In this document: positions 29,896-40,266 of the stretch, in pieces | How positions within the stretch are numbered: the stretch's first letter is position 1 | Layout of the letters: each line of letters begins with the position of its first letter | NCBI GenBank assembly: GCA_964466035.1 | Contig: CAYXLR010000003.1 | Location: 12,728-76,727 of the forward strand | Length of the DNA: 64,000 nt | Direction of reading: 5' to 3' | Source of the DNA: an uncultured Thermotogae bacterium | GTDB lineage: Bacteria; Bipolaricaulota; Bipolaricaulia; UBA7950; UBA9294 | Notes under the pieces: model-generated | What the model was told of the DNA's origin: nothing | The model's input: the letters and a program-made list of their open reading frames with translations, nothing else | The model's database searches: none | Position numbers and translations under genes: made by a program

Positions 29896-30906
29896 TCACG
29901 GTCCGCCCTCCAAGAGGTCGATCAGCCTCGCCTCGAGCTCCTCGGCGCCGAAGACGATCTCCCCGGTGTCGACGCGGAGGATCGCCGGGACGACCGTTCG
30001 CCCGGATCGGGTCACCCCGCTCCGTTCGGCCAGCTCCGGCTCCTCTCCGACGTCGACGGACCGATATCGGATCCGCGGGTTGTGCCCCGCGGCCTCCTCG
30101 ACCATCGCTTCGGCGTACGGGCAAGCGTGGCACCAGACGGCGTGAAAGACGAGGAGTTCGATCTCGCGGTCGATCCCCTCGATCGCCGCGATCCCCGCCG
30201 GGGTCAGCTCCGGCTCGCCGCGTTGCGCCTCCTCGATCCCGACGCAAGAGGTGCACAGGACGGCGCCGATCCCCTGCGCCTGCTCGTGCTGGTTCAGGAC
30301 GACGCCGTAGGCCAGCCCGCCGAGGACGAACAGGATCAACACCGCGTACAGCGGCCAGCGGACGGAGAACGCTCGGCGGAACGCGACCGCCGCCGCGAGA
30401 AGCAGGACGCCGAGGCCGAGGCCCCCGAGGCGGTACCAGAGCGGCCGGGCCGGCTCGATCGGCAGGGCCACCGGAACCTCGACCGGCGTCTCCGAAGGCG
30501 GTTCGACGGTCACGGTGAACGGGATCTCCTCGGAGACCTGGTAGCACAGCTCGCCGATGCAGTAGGTGTACAGGACGACGAGCGCGGGCGACGAGGTGCC
30601 GAGCGGGAGCTCCGCGCTCGCGGACAGGCGGAGCGCGATCGCCGCGGCGTCGAACGGGGCGAGCGCCTCGATCGCCTCCGGCTCGGCCACGAGCGTCAGC
30701 CCCTCGACCTCGAGGATCGGCTCGATGTCCTCGCCAGGGTAGACCGACCCGTTCTCGACGCGGAGGATCGCGACCGCCTCCCCTCCCTGCGGGACCGCGA
30801 TCTCCGACGGGTCGAGCGAGAAGGCGAGGATCGGCTCCTGGCCGACGGCGAACGCGCCGACCGCCAGGAGGCTCAGGCCGACGAGCGCGAGCTCCCTACG
30901 GATCAC
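29896..30906 (-). CDS. Membrane protein with C-terminal thioredoxin-like domain (CxxC)
   Basis: Signal/TM N-terminus, two TM helices, then VFHAVWCHACPYAEAM (WCxxC thioredoxin motif) and a second Cys pair LCTSCVG. Confidence 0.5.
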   Translation of the reverse strand: MIRRELALVGLSLLAVGAFAVGQEPILAFSLDPSEIAVPQGGEAVAILRVENGSVYPGEDIEPILEVEGLTLVAEPEAIEALAPFDAAAIALRLSASAELPLGTSSPALVVLYTYCIGELCYQVSEEIPFTVTVEPPSETPVEVPVALPIEPARPLWYRLGGLGLGVLLLAAAVAFRRAFSVRWPLYAVLILFVLGGLAYGVVLNQHEQAQGIGAVLCTSCVGIEEAQRGEPELTPAGIAAIEGIDREIELLVFHAVWCHACPYAEAMVEEAAGHNPRIRYRSVDVGEEPELAERSGVTRSGRTVVPAILRVDTGEIVFGAEELEARLIDLLEGGP

Positions 30907-32065
30907 CTGTACCGCCCTCCTCCGGGTCGACGAGGGCCGCGACCGCGTCCGTCAGCTGCTCGCCGTGCAGACCGCGTCCTCGGATGATCCCGTCCCGATC
31001 GATGACGTAGGTCATCGGAATCCCCTCGATCCGGTAGAGCGTGTTAACCGGCCCGTTCGGACCGTCGTAGACCTGTCGATAGCCGACCTCGTGCTCGGCC
31101 ACGGCCTCCAGGAAGTCGGCGAGACTCCGATCGATGTTGATCCCGAGAACGACCACCCCGGCGTCGGCGAACGCCTCGTCGATCGCCATCAACGTCGGGA
31201 TCTCGTCGAGGCACGGTCCGCACCAGCCGGCCCAGAAGTCGAGGACGACGACGCTCCCCCGCAGCCCCTCGATGGAGACCGGCTCGCCCGCCGCGTCCGC
31301 CGCGTCGAAGTACGGAGCGGGAAAGCCGACGAGGAGCGGCGGCTTCGGCGGGACGTCTTCGTCCGATTCCTCGACCCGGATCCGGCTGCCGTCCGGAGCG
31401 ACGGAGACGACCCGATAGACGACGCCGTTGAGGTTGAACGGCGCGTCGAGCGGGAACCGCTCGTGCGAGTCGCTCGACGCGATGAGCTCTCCGTCGCCGT
31501 CCGCGTCGATCAGGAGGACGCCCGCATCGAGCTGGTCGTACCGCCCGTCGGTGTCCTCATCGATGATGGCGAGATCGTACGTCCGGCCGTCGAGCTCGAC
31601 CGTCCCCTCTCGGTACGTGTCGCGACAGTAGGTGAGGATCGCCGGCGTGAACAGGCTCCACATCACGAACAGCCGGTACGGGGCCGTCGCCCCCTCCTCA
31701 TGCGCAATCTCGAGCCGGACGCTCGCGAGCAGCCTCCCGTCGGCGAGCATCCGCTCCCATTCGAACGCCGAGAGGTCGCCCGACCGATCCGCGTCGACGT
31801 ACAGCCGGACCCTCTCCTCGGTCCGATCGATCATCACCGAATGCCGATCCAGCGCGAGCCGGATCTCGCCGTACAGCGGCTCCCCTTCCGCCTCCGGCCA
31901 GTCGATCCCCTCGGGAGGGGTCGTCCCCAGCCGGATCCCTCGGACGAAGCAGGCGCCGGTGAGCTCGATAATCCCTTCGGCGTACGACAGGTCCGCCTCG
32001 TAGCCGACCGCCGCGACGGCCGACGCGAGCGCGAAAACGAGACAGACGACGAGCCCGCGCGTCAA
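30896..32065 (-). CDS. TlpA-like thiol:disulfide oxidoreductase (redoxin) with N-terminal domain of unknown function
   Basis: VVLDFWAGWCGPCLDEIP (WCGPC) redoxin motif in the C-terminal 150 aa. TTG start with GGAGG RBS, overlapping the gltX stop. Confidence 0.65.
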   Translation of the reverse strand: MTRGLVVCLVFALASAVAAVGYEADLSYAEGIIELTGACFVRGIRLGTTPPEGIDWPEAEGEPLYGEIRLALDRHSVMIDRTEERVRLYVDADRSGDLSAFEWERMLADGRLLASVRLEIAHEEGATAPYRLFVMWSLFTPAILTYCRDTYREGTVELDGRTYDLAIIDEDTDGRYDQLDAGVLLIDADGDGELIASSDSHERFPLDAPFNLNGVVYRVVSVAPDGSRIRVEESDEDVPPKPPLLVGFPAPYFDAADAAGEPVSIEGLRGSVVVLDFWAGWCGPCLDEIPTLMAIDEAFADAGVVVLGINIDRSLADFLEAVAEHEVGYRQVYDGPNGPVNTLYRIEGIPMTYVIDRDGIIRGRGLHGEQLTDAVAALVDPEEGGTGDP

Positions 32066-33351
32066 CCGCCACCCCTCCCGGCGAACGACCGGAGCCGATC
32101 GGCGACGACGGGCGCGCCGATCGGACTGAGGATCTCGAAAAGGCCCGGCCCGGCCTTCCGCCCGGTCACCGCGATCCGGCAGGCGAGCGCCACGTCCTTC
32201 AGCACCGCATCCCGTTCGGCGAGGGTCCCGCGGATCGTCGATTCGATCCGCTCCGGCGTGAACGGATCGGCGCCCTCCAGCGCCTCGGCGACGGCGATCA
32301 GCAGCTCGGCCTGGCTCCCGTCGATCTCCATCCCGTCCTGGGCGTCCAGGGAGACCGGGAAGAGCATCTCCATCGCCCACGCCAAGTCCTCCAGCGTGTG
32401 CGACCGATCGCGGAGGAGATCGACGCCGATCCTCAGTCGATCGCGGTCGCACGCGGACCACATCTCCGCGGTCACGGCGCCGCGCGTCAGGACGAACGGC
32501 TCGACGAGATCGACGAGCCGGTCGAGATCCGAGCGCTTCATGTGCCGCTGGTTCAGCCAGCGCAGCTTCGCCTCCTCGAACACGGCGGCCGACTTGTTGA
32601 TCCCCTCGAGCGAGAAGAGTTCGATGAGGTCGTCGAGGGAGAACACCTCGTCGTCGCCGTGGGACCAACCGAGACGAACGATGAAGTTGACCAGCGCCTC
32701 GGGGAGGAAGCCGCGGTCCCGGTACTCCAGCACCGACGTGTCTCCGTGGCGCTTCGACAGTCGGGATCGGTCCTCTCCGAGGATCAACGGGACGTGCAGG
32801 AACCGGGGCACCGGTTTGCCCAATCCGCGGTAGAGGAGGATCTGCTTCGGCGTGTTGTTCAGGTGCTCGTCGCCCCGGATGACGTGCGTGATCCCCATGT
32901 CGGCGTCGTCGACGACGACGGCGAAGTTGTAGAGAAAAGAGCCGTCGGACCGACGGATGGCGAAGTCCTTCAGCTGGTCGTTCGGGTAGGCAACGTCGCC
33001 GAGCAGGTCGTCCTCGACCACGGTCTCCCCTTCCGTCGGGACGCGGAACCACCAGGCGCCCTCGCGCTCGTAGGCAAGCCCCTTCTCGATCAGCCGCTCG
33101 GCCGCCTCGCGGTGGGCTTCGGTCCGGTCGGTCGTCCGGTCGTACTCGTCCCAGTCGATCCCGAGCCAGCGGAGCGACTCGAGGATCTGCTCGATCGACG
33201 CGTCGGTCGAACGCTCGCGGTCCGTGTCCTCGATCCGGAGAACGAACGCGCCGCCGGTGTGTCGAGCGTACAACCAGTTGAACAGCGCCGTGCGCGCCCC
33301 GCCGACATGGAGGTATCCCGTCGGGCTCGGAGCGAATCTGACTCGGACCAT
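32062..33351 (-). CDS. gltX: Glutamate--tRNA ligase
   Basis: Class I aaRS HIGH motif (PSPTGYLHVGGA) and KMSKS motif (RLSKRHG). 429 aa. Confidence 0.9.
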   Translation of the reverse strand: MVRVRFAPSPTGYLHVGGARTALFNWLYARHTGGAFVLRIEDTDRERSTDASIEQILESLRWLGIDWDEYDRTTDRTEAHREAAERLIEKGLAYEREGAWWFRVPTEGETVVEDDLLGDVAYPNDQLKDFAIRRSDGSFLYNFAVVVDDADMGITHVIRGDEHLNNTPKQILLYRGLGKPVPRFLHVPLILGEDRSRLSKRHGDTSVLEYRDRGFLPEALVNFIVRLGWSHGDDEVFSLDDLIELFSLEGINKSAAVFEEAKLRWLNQRHMKRSDLDRLVDLVEPFVLTRGAVTAEMWSACDRDRLRIGVDLLRDRSHTLEDLAWAMEMLFPVSLDAQDGMEIDGSQAELLIAVAEALEGADPFTPERIESTIRGTLAERDAVLKDVALACRIAVTGRKAGPGLFEILSPIGAPVVADRLRSFAGRGGG

Positions 33352-33730
33352 CTTCCCCTCTCCTTCCCCGTGAACCGGAATTGTACCCGATCGGATCGTG
33401 CCGTCGGAACCGCTTCTCGGGTCGTGGGCCCGCGAAAAAGGGCCCGTTAAAGAGGCCAGGGGAGAGGGACCGCTCGGGTCCCTCTCCCCGGAGGGCTGGT
33501 ATCGGGGGTGCGAGATTTTGTACTCGCGATTGTCCTACAACCGTACCCACGCTTTGTGTCGGATTCGTGAAGAGACGGTGGCGATCTTGCGAGGACGCCG
33601 GGCGGCCGGGTCCGACGGACGAAACCCGGCCCGCGGTTCGGTGTTGATACGCGTGCAGACTTGCCAAGATCGCTCGAGCCGGCTATCAGTGGTACGAAAT
33701 GAGCGACCGAAGACTTCGCAGGGGGCGAAC

Positions 33731-36700
33731 ATGAGCGTACGTGCGAGACGGGCAGCATTCCTTGTCGGTTCGGCATTCGGCCTTTCCCTTCTTGCCTTGG
33801 TTTCTGCGACCGCGTTGGCGGATGCGCCGGCGATCGTCCGGCGATCTCCCGCGGCCGGCGAGGAGCTCCGGGTCGATTCGCCGGTCGTGGTCGCGTTCGA
33901 CCGGGCGATGGACCGCGCCGCCGTCGAGGCGGCGTTCTCGCTCTCGCCGGCCGTCCCGGGGCGGTTCGACTGGAGCGACGAGCGAACCCTCCGATACTTC
34001 GCAGACGCGGGTTGGACACACAACACGGAGTACCGTGTGGCGATCTCGACGGCGGCGACGAGCCGGGACGGCGAGCCGCTCGGCGAGGCGTTCGCGTTCC
34101 GGTTCCGGACGGTCGGCTACCTCTCCGTGACGCAGACCCTCCCGATCGACGGATCGGCGGGCGTCGCCGTCGACAGCACGATCTTCGTCATGTTCAATCG
34201 ACCGGTCGTCCCGCTGATGGCCCTCTCCGACCCGAGCCACGCCGATCTGCCCGTCCCGCTGCGCGTCGAGCCGGCGATTACGGGAACCGGCGAGTGGCTG
34301 AACACCTCGGTCTACTTGTTCACGCCGAGCGAGCCGATGCGGGGTGGAACGACCTACACGGTCACCGTTCCCGCCGGCACGATCGACACGACCGGGGGAA
34401 TCGTGCCCGAGGACGTGACGTGGCGGTTCACGACCGAACGACCGAGGGTCGTGTGGAAGAGCCCGGAGGACGGCGAGGATCTCGTGCCGATCGAGGCCGA
34501 GGTCCGCGTCACGTTCAACATGCCAATCTCGCTCGCGAGCGCGCGCGAGCGATTCCGGATGCGAGCGTCCGGCCTCCTCAGCGACCTGTTCGCCGACGAC
34601 GTCGCCGGCGAGTTGACGACCGACGGGAGCGTCCTCGTCTTCGTCCCGTCCGAGCCGCTTGCGTTCGACCGCTCCTACGTCGTCACCCTCGAGGCCAGCG
34701 TGACCGGAGTCGAAGGCGGCCTCGGAGCGAGGGAGGGCGTCGAGTGGCGGTTCCGCACGGTCCCCCTCCCGCGGATCCTCGGGACGGATCCGGAGGACGG
34801 GGAGACCGGCGTCTATCCGTACTCGTCGTTTTTGATCCGTTTCAACGCGCCGATCGATCCGGATTCGGTGCTGGCAAACCTGACCGTGGACCCTGAGCCC
34901 GAGCCGGACGACCTGCGCGGCTACTTCCGCTCGTGGGACAACACCTACGTCCTCCAGTTCGGGTCGGGTCCGAGTCGGGAGTACGTCGTCCAGATCGGAC
35001 CGGACATCGCCGATCCCTACGGGAACACGACCGGCCAGTCGATGACGGTCCGATTCCGCACCGGTCCGCTCGATCCGACGGCCTGGCTCCACGTCCCCGG
35101 CTGGGTCGGGACGTTCAGCACGTACGAGCCGGCGCGGCTGTTCGTCGCGCACCGAAACGTCGAGCGCGTCACCCTGACGCTGACGAGGATCTCGATCGAC
35201 GAGTACTTCGAGGCGCTCGACGATTGGTACGACTACGATCCCCCGGAGAGCGGTCGGATCCGGCGCTGGTCGGTCGACGTGTCCGCGCCGCTGAACGAGG
35301 TCGGCTACGCCCCGGTCGATCTCCTCCCCGGCGGGGAACCGATCGAACCGGGGATCTACGTCGTCGACCTGAGCGCCGAGGGGGTGTCGTGGAACCGGTG
35401 GCAGCACCGCCACGTTCTCGTCGCCAGTCCGGTCAACCTGACGCTGAAGACGGCCGAGGACGAGACCCTCGTCTGGGCGACCGACCTGGACTCGGGGACC
35501 CCGGTCCCGGGGCTCATCCTCCGCGCTTACACCGCCGACGGGGACCCGGTCGACGTTTCGATCACCGACCGCGACGGGCTCGCCACGTTTCCCGGCGGCA
35601 CCGACTGGCGCGGGTTGACCTTCGCGAGCGCTGTCCCGTTCTCGATGGGCAGCCCGCAGTGGGACGACGGGATCTCGATCTGGGCGTTCGGCTATTCCGC
35701 GAGCACCCCCGGCCCCCTGCGCCTCTTCCTCGACACCGACCGACCGATCTATCGCCCCGGTCAATCGGTCCACTTCAAGGGGATCCTTCGCGCCGAAGAC
35801 GACGCGAGCTACGCGCTTCCGCCGAGCGCGCCGGTCGTCGTCTCCGTCTTCGACGCCGCCTGGGAGCCGATCTACGAAACGACCCTCGCCGTCGACGGCT
35901 TCGGAACGTTCTCCGGGACGATCGAACTGGCCGAGGACGCCCCGCTCGGCACCTACCGGATCGAGGTGACGTTCGAAGACCGTTCCTTCGGCGACACGTT
36001 CGTCGTCGCCGCGTACCGGCCGCCGGAGTTCGAGGTCACCGTCACCCCGGAGCGCGGCGAAGCGCCGCTCGGGGAGGCGGTCGACGTGGCGATCGGCCTC
36101 GAGTACTTCTTCGGCGCCCCGGTCGCCGACGCGCCGATCGAATGGCGCGTCTTCTCCGCCGCGTACCGCTTCTCGCCGCCTCGGCTCGAGCGCTACACCT
36201 TCACCGACGAGGACGATCCGTGGGTCTGCTGGTCCTGCTGGTGGCGGACGCCCGAGCCGCCGACGCCGATCCTCGAAGGAAGCGGCCGTTCCGACCGCGA
36301 CGGGAACCTCCTGATCGAGCTGCCGAGCGACGTCGGGGCCCTCCACCTCGAAGAACCCGAAGCGTGGCCGGGAAGCCGGACGCTGACCGTCGAGGCGACC
36401 GCCGTCGGGAACGACGGGCAGACCCTCTCCGGGCGCGACACGCTCGTCGTGCACGCCGGCGACTTCTACGTCGGCCTCGCGACGCCGCGAGCGATCGGCC
36501 GAGCCGGCGACCCGGTCGACGTCGAGGTGATCACCGTCGATTGGACCAGCGAGCGGATCGGCGATCGGCCGCTGACCTACACCGTCTATCGGCGCGAGTG
36601 GGACAACGTCTTCGAGGAGGACGACACCGGCGGCGGGCGGTGGACGTGGACGACGATCGACACCGAGATCGCCGCCGGACCTCTCGCGACCGACGGAGGC

Positions 36701-39700
36701 GGCGACGGCCTCTTCTCGTTCGTTCCGCCGGTCGGCGGGACGTACAAGGTCGTCGTTTCGGGTGCCGACGCGCTCGGGCGGACGGTCCGGTCGAGCCTCT
36801 TCCTCTGGGCCAGCGGTCCAGAGTCCGTGTCGTGGCGTCGGAGCAACGACGATCGCATCACGCTGATCAGCGACAGGGCGGAGTATCGCGTCGGCGACAC
36901 CGCCGAGATCCTCATCCCGAGCCCGTTCGCCGGCGAGCAATGGGCGCTGATCACGGTCGAGCGCGCCGGGATCCTGTCCCGCGAGGTCGTCCGCCTCGAA
37001 TCGAACAGCTCGGTCTACCGGCTTCCGATCTCCGAGGAGCACGTCCCGAACGTCTACGTCTCCGCTGTTCTCGTCCGCGGTCGAGAGGCGGCGCTCGCGG
37101 CGCTCGACGGGTCGCCGCCGGTGGCGGAGACGAAGGTCGGGTACGTCGAGCTCGCCGTCTCGCGCGCCCCGAAGATCCTCCGCATCGATCTGACCCCGTC
37201 CGATCCGCTCCCCCAGCCGGGCGAGTCGATCGCGTACGACGTCCTTGTCACCGACGACAACGGTCTCCCGGTCCGCGCCTCTCTGGCGTTCGATCTGGTC
37301 GACAAGGCCGTCCTCACCCTCATGCCCCGGAGCCCGGACGCGATCGTCGACGCGTTCTACGGCCGTCGCGGGCTCGGCGTCGACACCGCGAGCGGCCTGA
37401 CGATCTCGATCAACCGTCTCGTCGTCGAGCAACTCGAGGAGGTCGAGGCGGATCTGCCGGCCACGTTCGACACCGAAGACACGACCGGCGCGACCGCTCC
37501 GATGGCCGCGCAGAGACTCGGCCTCGAAGAAACGGCCGAAGGCGCCGACGACGACGCCGGCCAGTTGCCTCCGGGAATCGAGCTCCGAGAGGACTTCCAG
37601 GACACCGCCTACTGGAGCGCCCACGTGACGACCGACGAGAACGGACGCGCGACGGTTCCGATCGACCTTCCCGACAACCTGACGACCTGGGTCGCGCGCG
37701 GCGTCGGGGTGACCGTCGAGACGCGCGTCGGGGAGACGACGAGCGATCTGCTCGTCACCAAGCCGCTCCTCGTCCGGCCGGTGACCCCGCGGTTCTTCGT
37801 CGTCGGGGACCGCGTCCGCCTGGCGGCGAACGTCTCCAACCAGACGACCGAGGACCGCGACGTCGAGGTGACCGTCGGCCAGACCGGACTCGACCTGGAG
37901 TCCGCCCGGGCGCAGTCCGTCCTGATCCCCGGCGGCGGCGAGGCGACCGTCGTCTGGTGGGCGCGCGTCCTCGACGTCCCGGCGGTCGATCTGGCGTTCT
38001 CCGCCGTCTCGGGCGAGCTGTCCGACGCGGCTCGACCGCGCCTCACGACCGGCCCGGACGGGACGCTCCTCGTCTATCGCTATACCGCGCCGGAGACGGT
38101 CGGGACGGCCGGGCAGCTGAGCGACGCGGGAAGCCGAACCGAGATCGTCGCGCTTCCGCCGAACGTTGAGGCCGAACGGAGTCGGCTCCTCGTGCGGCTC
38201 GAGACGTCGCTCGCCGCTGCGATGCAGGAGGGGCTCAGCTACCTGGAGCACTTCGAGTACGAGTGCACCGAGCAGGTCGTCAGCCGGTTCCTCCCGAACG
38301 TCCTGACCTTCCGCGCGATCGATCGCCTCGGGATCGAGAACCCCGAGCTGGAGGAGAGGCTTCCCGCCCTCGTCGCCGAGGGGCTCGAGAAGCTGTATAC
38401 CCGCCAGAACGGAGACGGCGGCTGGGGATGGTGGGCCCTCGACGAGTCGAGCCCGTACCTCACCGCCTACGTCGCCTTCGCCTTGACGCACGCCGAGAAC
38501 GCCGGCTACGTCGTGAGGAGGGACGTTCTCGATCGGGGCCTCGACTTCCTCGAGCGAAGCCTCGTCTCCGCGAGCGGACTGACCTCCTCCGTCGTCGCGA
38601 ACCGGCAGGCGTGGATCCTGTACGTCCTCGCCGAGGCGGGGCGGGATCGCGCCGCCTCGAAGCACGCCGGCGACCTGTACGACGACCGCGCCAAGCTGAG
38701 CCACTACGCCCGGGCGTTCCTCGCGATGGCCCTCGACGTTCTCGGGTCGCCCTCCGGGTGGATCGACGTGCTCGTCTCCGACTTGTACGACGACGCCATC
38801 GTCTCCGCGACCGGCGTCCACTGGGAGGAGGCGGAGTACGACGGGTGGGCGATGAACACCGACACCCGCTCGACGGCGGTCATCCTCGACGCCCTGACCC
38901 GCCTCGATCCGGACCAGCCGCTCCTTCCGAGCGTCGTCCGATGGCTGATGGTGGCGCGGCGCGACGGGATCTGGGAGACGACGCAGGAGACGGCGTGGGC
39001 CCTGATCGCGCTGACCGACTGGATGGACGCCACGGGCGAGCTCGAGGGAGCCTACGACTACAGCGCCACGCTCAACGGGGACGAGTTGTACGCCGGAACG
39101 GCATCGGCCGAGACGTACCTCGATCCGACGTCGATTACAGTCCCGGCCGAAGCCCTCTCCCCTGACATCGGGAACCGCCTGACGGTCTCCCGCGGAGACG
39201 GACCGGGGACGTTGTACTACACCGCGCACTTGTCCGTCCGGCTCCCGGTCGAGGACGTCGAGCCGCTGCACCGCGGGATCATCGTTCAGCGGCAGTACGT
39301 CCCGGTCGACTGCCCGCTCGACGAGAACTGCCCCGAGCTGACCGGAGCCGCGGTCGGGGAGACGATCCAGGTGCGGCTGACGATCATCGCGCCGCACGAT
39401 CTGTACTACGTCGTCGTCGAGGATCCCTACCCCGCCGGATGCGAGGCGGTCGACACGACCCTCGCGACGACGAGCCTGACCGACCTCGAGCCCGGCCTCT
39501 ACCGGGAATCGGACGGCGGATGGCCGTGGTTCTACTACTGGTGGTGGCGCTGGTACACGCGAAGCGAACTGCGCGACGAGAAGCTCGCCCTGTTCGCCGA
39601 CTATCTCCCCGCGGGGACCTACACCTACCAGTACACCCTCCGCGCGACGGTCCCCGGCGAGTACCGCGTCCTGCCGACCTCGGCGCACGAGTTTTACTTC

Positions 39701-39757
39701 CCCGAGGTGTTCGGACGGACGGACGGACGGATCTTCGTCGTCGAAGAAGGGGAGTGA
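33731..39757 (+). CDS. Bacterial alpha-2-macroglobulin family protein (thioester-containing, about 2008 aa)
   Basis: Signal peptide (AAFLVGSAFGLSLLALVSATALA). N-terminal Ig-like repeats. CxEQ thioester motif (EYECTEQVVSRFLPN at about 38.27 kb). C-terminal A2M receptor-binding-like region. ATG at 33731; the ORF track starts earlier at an in-frame non-start. Confidence 0.8.
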   Translation: MSVRARRAAFLVGSAFGLSLLALVSATALADAPAIVRRSPAAGEELRVDSPVVVAFDRAMDRAAVEAAFSLSPAVPGRFDWSDERTLRYFADAGWTHNTEYRVAISTAATSRDGEPLGEAFAFRFRTVGYLSVTQTLPIDGSAGVAVDSTIFVMFNRPVVPLMALSDPSHADLPVPLRVEPAITGTGEWLNTSVYLFTPSEPMRGGTTYTVTVPAGTIDTTGGIVPEDVTWRFTTERPRVVWKSPEDGEDLVPIEAEVRVTFNMPISLASARERFRMRASGLLSDLFADDVAGELTTDGSVLVFVPSEPLAFDRSYVVTLEASVTGVEGGLGAREGVEWRFRTVPLPRILGTDPEDGETGVYPYSSFLIRFNAPIDPDSVLANLTVDPEPEPDDLRGYFRSWDNTYVLQFGSGPSREYVVQIGPDIADPYGNTTGQSMTVRFRTGPLDPTAWLHVPGWVGTFSTYEPARLFVAHRNVERVTLTLTRISIDEYFEALDDWYDYDPPESGRIRRWSVDVSAPLNEVGYAPVDLLPGGEPIEPGIYVVDLSAEGVSWNRWQHRHVLVASPVNLTLKTAEDETLVWATDLDSGTPVPGLILRAYTADGDPVDVSITDRDGLATFPGGTDWRGLTFASAVPFSMGSPQWDDGISIWAFGYSASTPGPLRLFLDTDRPIYRPGQSVHFKGILRAEDDASYALPPSAPVVVSVFDAAWEPIYETTLAVDGFGTFSGTIELAEDAPLGTYRIEVTFEDRSFGDTFVVAAYRPPEFEVTVTPERGEAPLGEAVDVAIGLEYFFGAPVADAPIEWRVFSAAYRFSPPRLERYTFTDEDDPWVCWSCWWRTPEPPTPILEGSGRSDRDGNLLIELPSDVGALHLEEPEAWPGSRTLTVEATAVGNDGQTLSGRDTLVVHAGDFYVGLATPRAIGRAGDPVDVEVITVDWTSERIGDRPLTYTVYRREWDNVFEEDDTGGGRWTWTTIDTEIAAGPLATDGGGDGLFSFVPPVGGTYKVVVSGADALGRTVRSSLFLWASGPESVSWRRSNDDRITLISDRAEYRVGDTAEILIPSPFAGEQWALITVERAGILSREVVRLESNSSVYRLPISEEHVPNVYVSAVLVRGREAALAALDGSPPVAETKVGYVELAVSRAPKILRIDLTPSDPLPQPGESIAYDVLVTDDNGLPVRASLAFDLVDKAVLTLMPRSPDAIVDAFYGRRGLGVDTASGLTISINRLVVEQLEEVEADLPATFDTEDTTGATAPMAAQRLGLEETAEGADDDAGQLPPGIELREDFQDTAYWSAHVTTDENGRATVPIDLPDNLTTWVARGVGVTVETRVGETTSDLLVTKPLLVRPVTPRFFVVGDRVRLAANVSNQTTEDRDVEVTVGQTGLDLESARAQSVLIPGGGEATVVWWARVLDVPAVDLAFSAVSGELSDAARPRLTTGPDGTLLVYRYTAPETVGTAGQLSDAGSRTEIVALPPNVEAERSRLLVRLETSLAAAMQEGLSYLEHFEYECTEQVVSRFLPNVLTFRAIDRLGIENPELEERLPALVAEGLEKLYTRQNGDGGWGWWALDESSPYLTAYVAFALTHAENAGYVVRRDVLDRGLDFLERSLVSASGLTSSVVANRQAWILYVLAEAGRDRAASKHAGDLYDDRAKLSHYARAFLAMALDVLGSPSGWIDVLVSDLYDDAIVSATGVHWEEAEYDGWAMNTDTRSTAVILDALTRLDPDQPLLPSVVRWLMVARRDGIWETTQETAWALIALTDWMDATGELEGAYDYSATLNGDELYAGTASAETYLDPTSITVPAEALSPDIGNRLTVSRGDGPGTLYYTAHLSVRLPVEDVEPLHRGIIVQRQYVPVDCPLDENCPELTGAAVGETIQVRLTIIAPHDLYYVVVEDPYPAGCEAVDTTLATTSLTDLEPGLYRESDGGWPWFYYWWWRWYTRSELRDEKLALFADYLPAGTYTYQYTLRATVPGEYRVLPTSAHEFYFPEVFGRTDGRIFVVEEGE

Positions 39758-39767
39758 GCCAAGCCGA

Positions 39768-39829
39768 CCGCAGGAAGGCAACGTACCAATTCCCGCCTTC
39801 CTGCCCGTCCAGCGGAGGCTGAAGCCTCC
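39768..39829. terminator. Two consecutive GC-rich hairpins in the convergent A2M/ACT intergenic region (bidirectional terminator candidate)
   Basis: GCAGGAAGGC-N14-GCCTTCCTGC, then AGCGGAGGC-TGAA-GCCTCCGCT. Confidence 0.35.
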
Positions 39830-39861
39830 GCTTGGACGAAGACGATAGCGAGGACGGTGAA

Positions 39862-40266
39862 TCACCGGCCACGAAGCATCTGCACCGCGCGGCCGTTGTC
39901 GGAGCAGGAGAAGACCACCACGCCGGTGCCCCCCTCTTCCGAAACGGTCGCGTGTAGGTCGACGAGCGAGATCTCCTTGCGGGCCAGCGCCTCGCTAACG
40001 CGGCCGAGGAACCCCGGGTGATGCGGAAGCTCGATCACGACCACGTCCCGCTCCTCGACGGAGAATCCCGCGTCCTTCAACGCTTCCCTGGCGTAGGATT
40101 GGGACGTGGCGAGAAGCCGAATGACCGCGGTCCCGCCCGCGACGTCGAGCGCGATCGACAGGAGGTTGATCCCCATGTCGCCGAGGAGCCGGCTGATCTC
40201 GGCAAGGAGACCGGTCCGGTTCTCGGTCTTCACGACGATCTCACGGCGCAGCTGAGCGTCCAGCAC
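39862..40266 (-). CDS. ACT-domain protein (tandem ACT)
   Basis: VVKTENRTGLLAEISRLLGDMGINL and VIELPHHPGFLGRVSEALARKEISL ACT signatures. GTG start with GGAGGTGA RBS at 5-nt spacing. Confidence 0.5.
   Translation of the reverse strand: MLDAQLRREIVVKTENRTGLLAEISRLLGDMGINLLSIALDVAGGTAVIRLLATSQSYAREALKDAGFSVEERDVVVIELPHHPGFLGRVSEALARKEISLVDLHATVSEEGGTGVVVFSCSDNGRAVQMLRGR

Noticed and set aside
30896-33667. Single 923-aa ORF
   Set aside because: It reads through two distinct genes, a TlpA-like redoxin and gltX, that are in different frames of the same strand. The N-terminal 100 aa lie beyond the gltX start and are junk.
33686-39865. 2059-aa minus-strand ORF opposite to the A2M gene (and similarly 40891..44181 minus opposite the PKD protein, and 58688..62269 plus opposite gyrA and the permease)
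   Set aside because: They are long because stop codons are depleted on the opposite strand of GC-rich coding DNA. The translations are RDG-rich with no motifs, and the sense-strand genes have clear family signatures.
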